Origin: a virus
Lineage: Duplodnaviria > Caudoviricetes
Reading direction: 5' to 3' (one strand)
Length of the DNA: 55,017 nucleotides
IMG/VR virus record: IMGVR_UViG_3300031741_000002
Span: 1 to 55,017 of that record
The notes under the pieces are model-generated. The model worked only from the letters and a program-made list of their open reading frames with translations, had not been told where the DNA came from and ran no database searches. Every line of letters starts with the position of its first letter. Position 1 is the stretch's first letter. Positions 9,615 through 18,156 of this stretch are shown one piece after another. A program made the translations under genes and the position numbers.

Positions 9615-10541
9615 TTATTTAACCTCTTTAAATTTACCGTCTTTGAGAGTATAATAAACATTTTCTTTTATATGTTTACCATCTACTTTTCTCATTTTAG
9701 CAAAAAACTTATCTGTATCATGATCATACTCGGTTAATACAAGATAACAGCCTAATACGCCTTTTACTTTACACTCATTGCCATTTGCTACCGCTACTGA
9801 ATTTTTACCATTAACAGCAGACGTTGAAGAGTCGCCCGATGTAGCAGACGTTGAATAGTAGCCCGATGTAGCAGACGTTGAATAGTTGCCCGATGTAGCA
9901 GACGTTGAATTGTCGCCCGATGTAGCAGACGTTGAAGAGTCGCCCGATGTAGCAGACGTTGAATAGTTGCCCGATGTAGCAGACGTTGAAGAGTCGCCCG
10001 ATGTAGCAGACGTTGAATAGTAGCCCGATGTAGCAGACGTTGAATAGTCGCCCGATGTAGCAGACGTTGAAGAGTCGCCCGATGTAGCAGACGTTGAATA
10101 GTCGCCCGATGTAGCAGACGTTGAATAGTCGCCCGATGTAGCAGACGTTGAAGAGTCGCCCGATGTAGCAGACGTTGAAGAGTAGCTATCACTAACTTTA
10201 CTTTTTTCAAATATAAATTCAATACCAGCTTTAATAATTGCAGGGATAGTAATTTTTACACCAACTCTTAATTTTTTAGTGCAATACTTTACATTATCAT
10301 CTGTATCGCATTTATCCAGAGCCTCAATTGTTGTAAATTCGTTATTGTTTTTTGGTGGATAATATTGAAATACTGACAACGGATTAGCGCAAAAGTGCAT
10401 ACCGTTATTGCATATACTGGCGTTATCCTCTGTGAAAACTGTATTTTCTTTGTACTTTTTAGGCTTATTTCCTGGGCTACATACTAATCCTTTTGAATAG
10501 CCCTTGAATCCTACCATTACTACTTTTTCTTTTTTCATCAT
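9615..10541 (-). CDS. Phage repeat protein (DUF7666-like N-domain plus 9-aa solenoid repeats)
   Basis: GFKGY, GMHFCANPLSVFQYY, 13 STSATSG repeats, C-term VDGKHIKENVYYTLKDGKF. Confidence 0.8.
   Translation of the reverse strand: MMKKEKVVMVGFKGYSKGLVCSPGNKPKKYKENTVFTEDNASICNNGMHFCANPLSVFQYYPPKNNNEFTTIEALDKCDTDDNVKYCTKKLRVGVKITIPAIIKAGIEFIFEKSKVSDSYSSTSATSGDSSTSATSGDYSTSATSGDYSTSATSGDSSTSATSGDYSTSATSGYYSTSATSGDSSTSATSGNYSTSATSGDSSTSATSGDNSTSATSGNYSTSATSGYYSTSATSGDSSTSAVNGKNSVAVANGNECKVKGVLGCYLVLTEYDHDTDKFFAKMRKVDGKHIKENVYYTLKDGKFKEVK
9816..10186 (-). repeat. 27-bp coding tandem repeat, 13 full units plus 1 partial
   Basis: Plus-strand unit GACGTTGAA(n)(n)GT(n)GCCCGATGTAGCA with variation confined to two codons. 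Confidence 0.95.
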
Positions 10542-10581
10542 CTCACCTTATTATTTAAGTTATCATCACCTGCATATAGTA

Positions 10582-10609
10582 ATTATACCCTCATTTGTCG
10601 ATATGTCAA
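10582..10609 (-). promoter_or_regulatory. Leftward sigma70 promoter
   Basis: TTGACA-16-TATAAT on the minus strand. Confidence 0.8.
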
Positions 10610-10660
10610 GAGCTAAATGTATTTTTTTACATTTTTTTCCATTTTTTTCCACATTTGCTA

Positions 10661-10689
10661 TTGACAATGCTTGTTTTGTAGTGTATTGT
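10661..10689 (+). promoter_or_regulatory. Rightward sigma70 promoter (divergent pair)
   Basis: TTGACA-17-TATTGT; three 10-bp phased T-tracts upstream at 10621-10650. Confidence 0.7.
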
Positions 10690-10720
10690 AGTGGTATAAA
10701 CTAAATAAGGAGTTGGTAAG

Positions 10721-11044
10721 ATGGAACGGATCATTGGATTCAAAAGGTTTAAGCAACATTGTAATAAAAGAGAGTACGGCATTTGCCAAACTTTATTTAA
10801 TGGTAACAATAAATGCCAATGGGATGAAAAGAAAAGCAAATGCGCCGAAGCAAACTGCCCTGTATTTAAAAGACTTAAGAAGGTGGAAGTTTGCCACGTT
10901 AGAATCTCTGATACAGACCAAAGACTACCGGGCGGAGCTCAATGCGATGATAAAATAAAAGGTGCTGAACCGTTCGGTATCTGGATTGACGAAGCAGCAT
11001 CAATTTCTAAAATCCTATTCAATAAACGTAATCAAAAAGGATAA
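10721..11044 (+). CDS. Cys-rich hypothetical protein, first gene of the rightward block
   Basis: TAAGGAG RBS; 107 aa. Confidence 0.6.
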   Translation: MERIIGFKRFKQHCNKREYGICQTLFNGNNKCQWDEKKSKCAEANCPVFKRLKKVEVCHVRISDTDQRLPGGAQCDDKIKGAEPFGIWIDEAASISKILFNKRNQKG

Positions 11045-11047
11045 CAC

Positions 11048-11533
11048 ATGATAATCACGGATAAAGAAATTCTCAAGCAAGTTTCAGAGCCAGCAACACT
11101 CGATGAAGTTGAAGATATTGTTTCCCAGATCAGGACTGCATTACCTACTGCATGGACTGCCGGATGCGGACTAGCTGCAATTCAAGTTGGCATTCCTAAA
11201 CGTGTTGGGTATATCCGTGTAGCTGATCTAGAGCTAATCTTGGTTAATCCTAAAATTACTTATCGCAGTGATGCAATGGATAAACTGGAAGAGGCATGTT
11301 TAAGTATCCCCAATAAGAAGTTTACTATCAAACGGCACTTCATGGTAGAAGTCATGGTAAATAGCTTTACTGGCGAAACTGATGAATTTACTGGTTACGT
11401 TGCTCAAGCTATCCAACATGAAATAGACCTCATGGACGGCAAGCTTATTGGTAATAAAGTTAAACGCATTATCAAGTCAGATAAAACAAAGAGTGCTAAG
11501 AATCGTGCTCGTAAATTGAGGAAAGGGAAATGA
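11048..11533 (+). CDS. def: Peptide deformylase-like protein with degenerate metal site
   Basis: GCGLAAIQVG, LVNP, EEACLS, QHEIDLMDG (canonical QHExDHLxG). Confidence 0.88.
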   Translation: MIITDKEILKQVSEPATLDEVEDIVSQIRTALPTAWTAGCGLAAIQVGIPKRVGYIRVADLELILVNPKITYRSDAMDKLEEACLSIPNKKFTIKRHFMVEVMVNSFTGETDEFTGYVAQAIQHEIDLMDGKLIGNKVKRIIKSDKTKSAKNRARKLRKGK

Positions 11534-11655
11534 AAACTCTATCCGTATTATTAACACTCGCCACTATCGCCGGATCATATTGGTATCTTCCATGTTTGTT
11601 GATTGCCATAGTTCCAGCATTATTCGCAGTTAAACAGTTTGACATTAAATTTTAA
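11530..11655 (+). CDS. Small hydrophobic protein (41 aa, not in ORF track)
   Basis: MKTLSVLLTLATIAGSYWYLPCLLIAIVPALFAVKQFDIKF; ATGA overlap with def. Confidence 0.5.
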   Translation: MKTLSVLLTLATIAGSYWYLPCLLIAIVPALFAVKQFDIKF

Positions 11656-11672
11656 CCAAAGGAGTAAGTAAA

Positions 11673-11861
11673 ATGAGTTGTAAAATATGTAGTAAGAGTA
11701 GTTGTTGTCCCTCTTTTCATTCCAGCGAAGTACAAGCCCATCATGAAAAATACGCAACAATGGACGCTGCTGAATTAAGAAGTGAGTGTGTTGATAAAGA
11801 CAACGAAATAGAAGACTTAAACACTGATATAAAAGAATTAGAAAAACAGTTGAGCAACTAG
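11673..11861 (+). CDS. Small Cys-rich/coiled-coil protein
   Basis: AAGGAG RBS; MSCKICSKSSCCPSFH. Confidence 0.65.
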   Translation: MSCKICSKSSCCPSFHSSEVQAHHEKYATMDAAELRSECVDKDNEIEDLNTDIKELEKQLSN

Positions 11862-11892
11862 ACAAGCAAATTTTAATAACAAAGGAGGCATT

Positions 11893-12048
11893 ATGTCAGA
11901 AAAAAAGAAAAAAACAGTAAAAAATCTTGTTGTCAGTATTGATTCTCACAAAAAAGTGAAAGAGCATTGTGATAACAAGGATATTAAAATGCAGGGCTTC
12001 GTTGAACGTATAATTGAAGCATGGTTTCAAGAACACACAGCAAACTAA
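11893..12048 (+). CDS. Putative ribbon-helix-helix DNA-binding protein (51 aa, not in ORF track)
   Basis: AAGGAGG RBS; KNLVVSIDSHKKVKEHC..KDIKMQGFVERIIE matches a beta-alpha-alpha pattern. Confidence 0.6.
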   Translation: MSEKKKKTVKNLVVSIDSHKKVKEHCDNKDIKMQGFVERIIEAWFQEHTAN

Positions 12049-12072
12049 TATTAACCCACAGGAGATTTACAG

Positions 12073-12318
12073 ATGGCTTACGATCACATTCAAAAAACAT
12101 GTTACAATGCGTTCATCAATAACAGTAATTTAAAAGAGGCTGACGAATCCACGACCATCAAAGAGTTTGATATGGATAGTTTGGATGAAATGAGAGTTCT
12201 CCTGGAGATCGAAGAGGATTTGAATATTGAACAACTTCCTGACGAAACCATTGCGGACTGTACCACTCTTGGCGAACTTATCGCTAAAGTTAGAATATTA
12301 ACCGGACCAGTAAAATAG
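12073..12318 (+). CDS. acpP: Acyl carrier protein
   Basis: 81 aa acidic; DMDSLDE phosphopantetheine-Ser motif, IEEDLNI and TLGELI. Confidence 0.82.
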   Translation: MAYDHIQKTCYNAFINNSNLKEADESTTIKEFDMDSLDEMRVLLEIEEDLNIEQLPDETIADCTTLGELIAKVRILTGPVK

Positions 12319-12421
12319 GTAATCAATATGAGTTTATTCAACAAAATAACAAAGCTGGTTAAAGAGGACTTTCAGAAAAAGAAAGTTAATAAGAAAAAGA
12401 AACAACAAGAGGATATTCCAA

Positions 12422-12781
12422 ATGAATAAGACTTTGTATTTATCTGAATCAAAGGCAATACATCCAGCAAAAGACGAAACTCAATATTTATTTCTCTGTG
12501 CTGATGTAGATGTAGATTTGAGTGATATGTCATTTACAACCGAAAAAGTTTATCATTCAAAAGAGGTATATACTACAATTCACTCGATGAAATGTGGTAG
12601 ACCTATCGAAAAAAGCATTGAGCAAGTATTGAAGCGTGAAGAATATCCAATCAATATGAGTTGTTTTTCCGCTGAATCTCAAGCTTTTATTGGAAAGCTT
12701 ATAGAGGAAAGCGTTGAATCAATAACCGAAGAAGAAATAAATGAATGGGTTGCTGATGCAAAGATGCAAAGTCAACTTTAA
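12422..12781 (+). CDS. Hypothetical protein
   Basis: 119 aa, GAGG RBS. Confidence 0.6.
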   Translation: MNKTLYLSESKAIHPAKDETQYLFLCADVDVDLSDMSFTTEKVYHSKEVYTTIHSMKCGRPIEKSIEQVLKREEYPINMSCFSAESQAFIGKLIEESVESITEEEINEWVADAKMQSQL

Positions 12782-12807
12782 TTAACCATAACAAATAAGG
12801 TGTTATT

Positions 12808-13710
12808 ATGAATGAAGAAATGCAAGAAGTAGTAGTAATGGAAAAGGGCGAAGTTCAATCCCTAAAGGAAATTCAAGGACAAGTTCAGATCGTCCAAGAG
12901 GCCATGAAATCGGTTATGAAGAAAGGATGTCATTACGACACTATCCCCGGATGCGGCAAAAAACCTGTATTATTAAAGCCGGGTTCAGAAGTCATATTGT
13001 CAATGTTCCGAATAGGAGCTGACCCAATCATTGAAGATTTAAGTGATGGAACCGAATTCCGTTATCGCGTTAAATGCCGTGGTTTTTATATCCCTACCGG
13101 TAACACGGTTGGATATGGTGTTGGCGAATGTTCTACTGCCGAGAAAAAATATGCTTGGCGCGCTGCGGTATGCGATGAAGAATATGACGAAACCGTTGAA
13201 ACCCATAGGCGCAAATATTGGTCTAAAGGTTATAATGACAAGAGCGCGACCTGTGTTAAGCAAATTCGTCAAACTCCTGCAGACATTGCGAATACGGTTC
13301 TCAAAATGGCAAAGAAGCGCGCGCAAATTGATTTATGCCTGACTACCACCGCTTGTTCTGATATATTTGTCCAAGACTTAGATGAAGAAGCTGTTCAAGA
13401 GAACGCTCGTCAAGATGGCGGAGCTTCCTATCGGAAACCACAGGCACAGCAACAATCAGCTTCACAATCGCAGGAGCGGCAACAAAACACGGCTCCGGCT
13501 GGTGATTGCATAAGCGAAAACCAAGCGAAACGCCTATTTGCTATCGTTATGGGTCAAACCGACAAGCCAGATGGATACACAAAAGAGTTTGTTGATGCTT
13601 GGCTTTTTGCCACTTATGGTATTAATCGCTACGAAGAAACCAAAAGAAACGTATATGAAGAAATTTGTAATCACGTTTTAAATACAACAATTCCGGCTCC
13701 AGGAGCATAA
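12808..13710 (+). CDS. Putative single-strand annealing/recombination protein
   Basis: KPVLLKPGSE, GVGECST, NTVLKMAKKRA core; Gln-rich linker; C-term ISENQAKRLFAI; adjacent to exonuclease. Confidence 0.65.
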   Translation: MNEEMQEVVVMEKGEVQSLKEIQGQVQIVQEAMKSVMKKGCHYDTIPGCGKKPVLLKPGSEVILSMFRIGADPIIEDLSDGTEFRYRVKCRGFYIPTGNTVGYGVGECSTAEKKYAWRAAVCDEEYDETVETHRRKYWSKGYNDKSATCVKQIRQTPADIANTVLKMAKKRAQIDLCLTTTACSDIFVQDLDEEAVQENARQDGGASYRKPQAQQQSASQSQERQQNTAPAGDCISENQAKRLFAIVMGQTDKPDGYTKEFVDAWLFATYGINRYEETKRNVYEEICNHVLNTTIPAPGA

Positions 13711-14276
13711 TGTTAATCCTAAACAAAGATAACCATGAATACAGGTATAATGGGGTAGTTATCCCCTCTGTGTCAGAAATTCTTGCAGGAGCCGGACTAA
13801 GTAATTTTAGCATGGTGAATGCAAGAATGCTTCAAATAGCCCAAGAGCGCGGTGAGTTTGCTCATTTAGCTTCTGAGTTGTTTGATCGAGGTACTCTTGA
13901 TGAATCAACGGTTGATCCTGAACTAAAAGGATACCTTGATGCTTGGAAATCCTTTGTTTCTGATTATAACCCAAAATTCAAGATGATAGAAGTAAAACTC
14001 TGCAATCTTGATTTGTGGTTCGCTGGTACTCCGGACAGACTCGCAATAATTAAACGTAAACAAATTATAATCGATATTAAGACTGGGGTAAAATCTATAT
14101 CGCATGAAATTCAACACGGCGCGTATTCATTGTTTAAGGAAATGAAGAACGCCAAACAAGCATGGACTGTCTATCTTAAAGATGGTTCATATAAATTAGA
14201 GATTCACGACTTAGAGAACGGACGGAAAATCTTTCTGTCTGCTCTTGATATTCACAAATATAAAAATAGAGGATAA
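13710..14276 (+). CDS. PD-(D/E)xK exonuclease
   Basis: PSVSEIL, RGEFAH, FAGTPDR, IIDIKTG, Q..AY. Confidence 0.85.
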   Translation: MLILNKDNHEYRYNGVVIPSVSEILAGAGLSNFSMVNARMLQIAQERGEFAHLASELFDRGTLDESTVDPELKGYLDAWKSFVSDYNPKFKMIEVKLCNLDLWFAGTPDRLAIIKRKQIIIDIKTGVKSISHEIQHGAYSLFKEMKNAKQAWTVYLKDGSYKLEIHDLENGRKIFLSALDIHKYKNRG

Positions 14277-14282
14277 ATAATC

Positions 14283-14753
14283 ATGTCAAACGAACTAATG
14301 AAGCAAGAATTACAACCGGCATTACAGAACGCAAACGAACTCGTAATCAACGATCAACTATCATACGGGCAGGCTGGTGAAATGCTCAAGACGGTTAAAG
14401 CTCTCGCTAAGAAAGTTAAAGAAACTTTTGATCCTATTTGTGAAAAAGCCAATGCTGCCCACAAGGAAGCAACCGGCAAGCGCAAAGAGCACCAACAGCC
14501 ATTGGTTGATGCCGAAAAGCTTATCAAATTAAAGATGCTTGAGTATTCCGGCGAGAACGAAGTCCAGAAGATTGCCGGAGTTTCAATATCGGATAATTGG
14601 GATATAGTTATTGAGGATGAATCAAAAATTCCTCGTAAATATATGATACCGGATGTCAAAACATTAAAGAATATTGCTAAAGCCAGCAAGAACACTTTAA
14701 AGATTGCTGGTATCAAATTCGTCAACAATCGTAACATGGCTACAAGGGTATAA
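14283..14753 (+). CDS. Coiled-coil phage protein (gp157/Gam-like C-terminus)
   Basis: IEDESKIPRKYMIPD...IAGIKF motif; recombination-module context. Confidence 0.6.
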   Translation: MSNELMKQELQPALQNANELVINDQLSYGQAGEMLKTVKALAKKVKETFDPICEKANAAHKEATGKRKEHQQPLVDAEKLIKLKMLEYSGENEVQKIAGVSISDNWDIVIEDESKIPRKYMIPDVKTLKNIAKASKNTLKIAGIKFVNNRNMATRV

Positions 14754-15164
14754 ATGCCAGAACTCGGAATAATCATTAGAGGATTTAGTAAGGGAGACAA
14801 GCTTGTTCTTTCAACATGGGAGCAAGAAGTTCTGAACCAAACCTTAGAAGCTAATCAAGGAAACCTCGAACTGGTTCTTCGGAGGCACGATCCAGAACGA
14901 ATAATAAGTCAGAACGATATGTATTGGGTAGTTTTAGGATACATGGAAGATTACACGGGGCATTCAACAAATGAACTACACAAGATTTGCAAGCATGAAT
15001 TTAACAGAGGTAAATCAACTACAAAACTTAGCAAAAGAGAATTTTCTAACTATCTGGAAAGAACAATCGTATTAGCTGCCTCTTTAGGGGTTAATATTCC
15101 AGACAAAAAAAGAATTGATATAATAAAGGAGCAACACGATGAAAAAGCATTTCAAAAAACATGA
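14754..15164 (+). CDS. NinB/DUF1367-like protein
   Basis: R..SQN.MYW, ELHKICK, STTKLSKREFSNYLE. Confidence 0.7.
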   Translation: MPELGIIIRGFSKGDKLVLSTWEQEVLNQTLEANQGNLELVLRRHDPERIISQNDMYWVVLGYMEDYTGHSTNELHKICKHEFNRGKSTTKLSKREFSNYLERTIVLAASLGVNIPDKKRIDIIKEQHDEKAFQKT

Positions 15165-16227
15165 CGGATTTAACGCCTGCCACGGAAAACGAAAAGATAA
15201 TTCTACTGAAAAGTGGCAGGATGTCAAATGCGGTAACTGTAAAAAGAATGGACAATATTTACAGGCTCGTCAGGATAGCCCGATAGACCACCCTAATTTC
15301 CGCAAAGCATTAGCGGATAAGGTGGATATGAAGCTGGAAGTAACACAGGCGGAGTCACTACAGGCTCAAAAAATTTGTTTCAGTTGTGGAGTTAAATGGG
15401 CTCTTACTGGCAAAATTGTAAAGGTCGCTTACCCGTTTTTTATTATATCGACATACACTCCAACATCCATTTATGCGCCGGCGTGGGCTACCCTTAGGGA
15501 TATATTTGATAATAATAGCTCTAAACAATTCTCATTCAAAGACGACTGTTTCATCGATGATGTTGAAATATTAGTCGATAAACTTAATGTTTTATCTGGA
15601 TGTGGTAAGCATTTAGCTGAGTTTTTCAAGTGCTTAAATAAAACCTGCTCTAATGTTGAAGTGCATATTTCTGATGAAGATATTAATAGAGGTAAATCCA
15701 AACACCTTTTCCCTGGATGGTATTATGTTTCAAATATGGGCGAATTTGAACTCTCCATTCTTATAGCAGAAAATGGATTAAATAAATATCGCATCGAAGA
15801 ACCAGTAGAACTCTCCGCCTGTGGACGTACACTTGACGAGTTTATGGCGTGTGTTGATGATGATTGTAATAATGTTGAAAACTGCCACGTTGTGCCATAT
15901 AATATAAACTGGATTCTAACATTTTCGGCAGACAAAGGCGAATTAATAAACAATATTAAAACTAATGGACTACAAAGTTACCGCATTAAAGACACCAGAG
16001 AACTTGATAAGGCCGTTGAGCGACTAGCTGCTCTACCCACTCCTCAAATCCAATACACCATAACCGAAGAGCAAATGGACGAGATCCGGCAGATTATCAA
16101 AATAGGTCAAGACTGTAAAATGGATTTTGTTGATGATCTTCAAAAAATGAAAGATGCCGCGTTTAGGACTAAGGATATTTCATTATTCCGTTTAGCTAAA
16201 ATATTTGACAAAATAGAGGGGAAATAA
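15139..16227 (+). CDS. Hypothetical modular protein with internal duplication
   Basis: LSGCG...NGLNKYRI and LSACG...NGLQSYRI repeats. Confidence 0.65.
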   Translation: MKKHFKKHDGFNACHGKRKDNSTEKWQDVKCGNCKKNGQYLQARQDSPIDHPNFRKALADKVDMKLEVTQAESLQAQKICFSCGVKWALTGKIVKVAYPFFIISTYTPTSIYAPAWATLRDIFDNNSSKQFSFKDDCFIDDVEILVDKLNVLSGCGKHLAEFFKCLNKTCSNVEVHISDEDINRGKSKHLFPGWYYVSNMGEFELSILIAENGLNKYRIEEPVELSACGRTLDEFMACVDDDCNNVENCHVVPYNINWILTFSADKGELINNIKTNGLQSYRIKDTRELDKAVERLAALPTPQIQYTITEEQMDEIRQIIKIGQDCKMDFVDDLQKMKDAAFRTKDISLFRLAKIFDKIEGK

Positions 16228-16228
16228 A

Positions 16229-16441
16229 ATGAAATCAGCCGAACTTAAACAACTGGCAAGTGATATGATAGCGTTTTGTGAGGATAATAGATCGTGCGCT
16301 GGTTGCCCTGGAAGTGTGCATATAGAAGAGTTTAAAGGTACTCTATGTATTGTGAGTGGATTTGCGGATAACGACTGCAGATTGACCCTGCCGGAGATAA
16401 TGCTGGCTATAACTGAATTAATAGGCGGACATAATGAGTAG
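16229..16441 (+). CDS. Small Cys-rich protein
   Basis: GAGGGG RBS; overlaps the next start. Confidence 0.6.
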   Translation: MKSAELKQLASDMIAFCEDNRSCAGCPGSVHIEEFKGTLCIVSGFADNDCRLTLPEIMLAITELIGGHNE

Positions 16442-16754
16442 AGTTAATATTAAGGCATTAGAGAAGCGGTTAGGCGGACTTTCTAAAGAGCTATGCAGGC
16501 TCAAGGCTGGCGGAATATGTGCGAAGTGCGGAAACTATGGGATTGAGGCTCACCACGTTCTAAGTTGCAATTACAAGCGGTGGCGTTGGAGTCAAGAGAA
16601 CCTTGTTTGGGTATGTCGCAACTGTCATAGAGAAGAACACGACTACGAGCCTACAATAACCAATGAATTAGACCGCAGTTATAAAATCTGGAGTTATCCA
16701 GAACTTCAAGAGCTTGAAAAATCGATTAAACAACAAATAAATGAATTGAAATAG
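16434..16754 (+). CDS. HNH / NinG-like nuclease
   Basis: CAKCG, EAHH, ENLVWVCRNCH. Confidence 0.78.
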   Translation: MSRVNIKALEKRLGGLSKELCRLKAGGICAKCGNYGIEAHHVLSCNYKRWRWSQENLVWVCRNCHREEHDYEPTITNELDRSYKIWSYPELQELEKSIKQQINELK

Positions 16755-16755
16755 T

Positions 16756-16783
16756 TTGACAAACATGATTTGTGGAGTATAAT
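16756..16783 (+). promoter_or_regulatory. Sigma70 promoter upstream of the replication genes
   Basis: TTGACA-16-TATAAT. Confidence 0.75.
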
Positions 16784-16812
16784 ATGGATAGTATTAACAA
16801 AAGGAACGCGCT

Positions 16813-17007
16813 ATGCGAGAAGAAATAACCAAAATCTACAACCGCCAGACTGCAAGATGTTTGTCTGATATTCAAGAACTTTATGATATTCCTGCGATGG
16901 TTACGGAAAGAATTAAAAAAGCTATTGAGTATACCGCTAAAGATGTAGATAAATTAACGCAAGGAGTCCGCAATGGATCAAAAAGAGAAATTTCAGGAAA
17001 TAAGTAA
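16813..17007 (+). CDS. Hypothetical protein
   Basis: AAGGA RBS, directly after the promoter. Confidence 0.6.
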   Translation: MREEITKIYNRQTARCLSDIQELYDIPAMVTERIKKAIEYTAKDVDKLTQGVRNGSKREISGNK

Positions 17008-17383
17008 TAGATATATTCCCTATGATGAGCAATTAAAAGATAACCGCTGGAAAAAGAGATCCGCAGAAATACAACTCAAGGATAAATTTCATTGTCGTAT
17101 TTGTGGTACTGATTCGCTATCCCTAAATGTCCACCACCTTAGATATATTAATGGTTTAAAGGCGTGGGAATATGACGATAACCTACTAATGACCGTTTGC
17201 TGGTCATGCCACGAAAAAGACATTCATGGTATCTTTAAATGTGTTGATTACAGCCCTTGTGTTTGTTCTATGTGTGGACAGGCTATTGTTAATAAGAATT
17301 GCAATACCGTAGACCGTATTGGTGATTATTATAGATTTGATATATATTGTGATAACTGCCAAAATAAATTAGAGGTGCTATAA
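16973..17383 (+). CDS. HNH endonuclease family protein
   Basis: QLKDNRW, CRICG, LNVHH, WEY, VCWSCH. Confidence 0.8.
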   Translation: MDQKEKFQEISNRYIPYDEQLKDNRWKKRSAEIQLKDKFHCRICGTDSLSLNVHHLRYINGLKAWEYDDNLLMTVCWSCHEKDIHGIFKCVDYSPCVCSMCGQAIVNKNCNTVDRIGDYYRFDIYCDNCQNKLEVL

Positions 17384-18156
17384 TGAATTGGTTAAACCTC
17401 GAAATAAAAAAACTTACTTCTCACGAATTTTTAGGTAGCGAGCCTACCGAAAGAGCCTCATGGATATGTCTATTGCGTTACTGCGCTCAGCAAGAGAACT
17501 CTGGAACAATAGAAAATTGTAAAGATTGGGGCGAGCGCAAGTGGATGCAGTTAGTTGGCATTACAAAACAAGAAGCAGACGAAACAACGCAACTATGGAC
17601 TTGGAAAAATAAATCTTTGGTTACTTGGGGATATCCTATTTCTCAAGAGTGTTCAGTAAAGGCAAAGAGAGAAGCTGGTAAACTATACGGTAAAGGTAAG
17701 AGTAATAGTAAAGGTAATAGTAATAGTAAAGGTAATAGTAATAGTAAGGATGAGCTATCGGTGAGCAATAAGCTTAGCAATAGCTTAGCTAATAGCTTAG
17801 CTAACACAAAGTATTCTATTTCTGAAAGATTAAAAGACAAAATGCCGGCCGAATATAAAGAACTTTTTTTATCGTGGCTTGGAGTATACTTTGAAATACA
17901 TGGCAAAATGGTAGAAGCTTCACAGGAAGCACAATATAGGAAGTTAATTGACATTCCTAAGAGACACCGCATTAAGTGCCTTGAAGATGCAATAGCTGGA
18001 CAATGGAAAAATATTAGAAATGTTGTAGTTGAAGATAATGGCGGTAAACTTTCAGAAAATGACGAATTATTAAAACACGCCGAAAATATGCCAACGCAGT
18101 TTGATGATGATTTTGTGGAAAATACACCCAAAGATATGCCGGAGATTAAATTATGA
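17383..18156 (+). CDS. Putative replication initiator
   Basis: Precedes the primase-helicase; N-domain, central low-complexity repeat linker and small C-domain, as in lambda-O-type initiators. Confidence 0.55.
   Translation: MNWLNLEIKKLTSHEFLGSEPTERASWICLLRYCAQQENSGTIENCKDWGERKWMQLVGITKQEADETTQLWTWKNKSLVTWGYPISQECSVKAKREAGKLYGKGKSNSKGNSNSKGNSNSKDELSVSNKLSNSLANSLANTKYSISERLKDKMPAEYKELFLSWLGVYFEIHGKMVEASQEAQYRKLIDIPKRHRIKCLEDAIAGQWKNIRNVVVEDNGGKLSENDELLKHAENMPTQFDDDFVENTPKDMPEIKL
17691..17804 (+). repeat. Iteron-like tandem repeats, candidate origin
   Basis: 3 x 18 bp TAAAGGTAA(G/T)AGTAATAG, then about 3 x 11-12 bp AATAGCTTAGC(T). Confidence 0.55.

Noticed and set aside
9816-10186. 27-bp array as a CRISPR array or DGR variable region
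   Set aside because: No unique spacers or cas genes, and it is in-frame coding. Variants fit AAC/AAT-derived codons, but other adenines are invariant and I found no reverse transcriptase or template repeat
9794-10222. Alternate-frame ORF (RATLQRLLH repeats)
   Set aside because: Open only because the repeat unit lacks a stop in that frame
10960-11010. GIWIDEAAS resembling a terminase Walker B
   Set aside because: Isolated short match in a 107-aa protein with no Walker A
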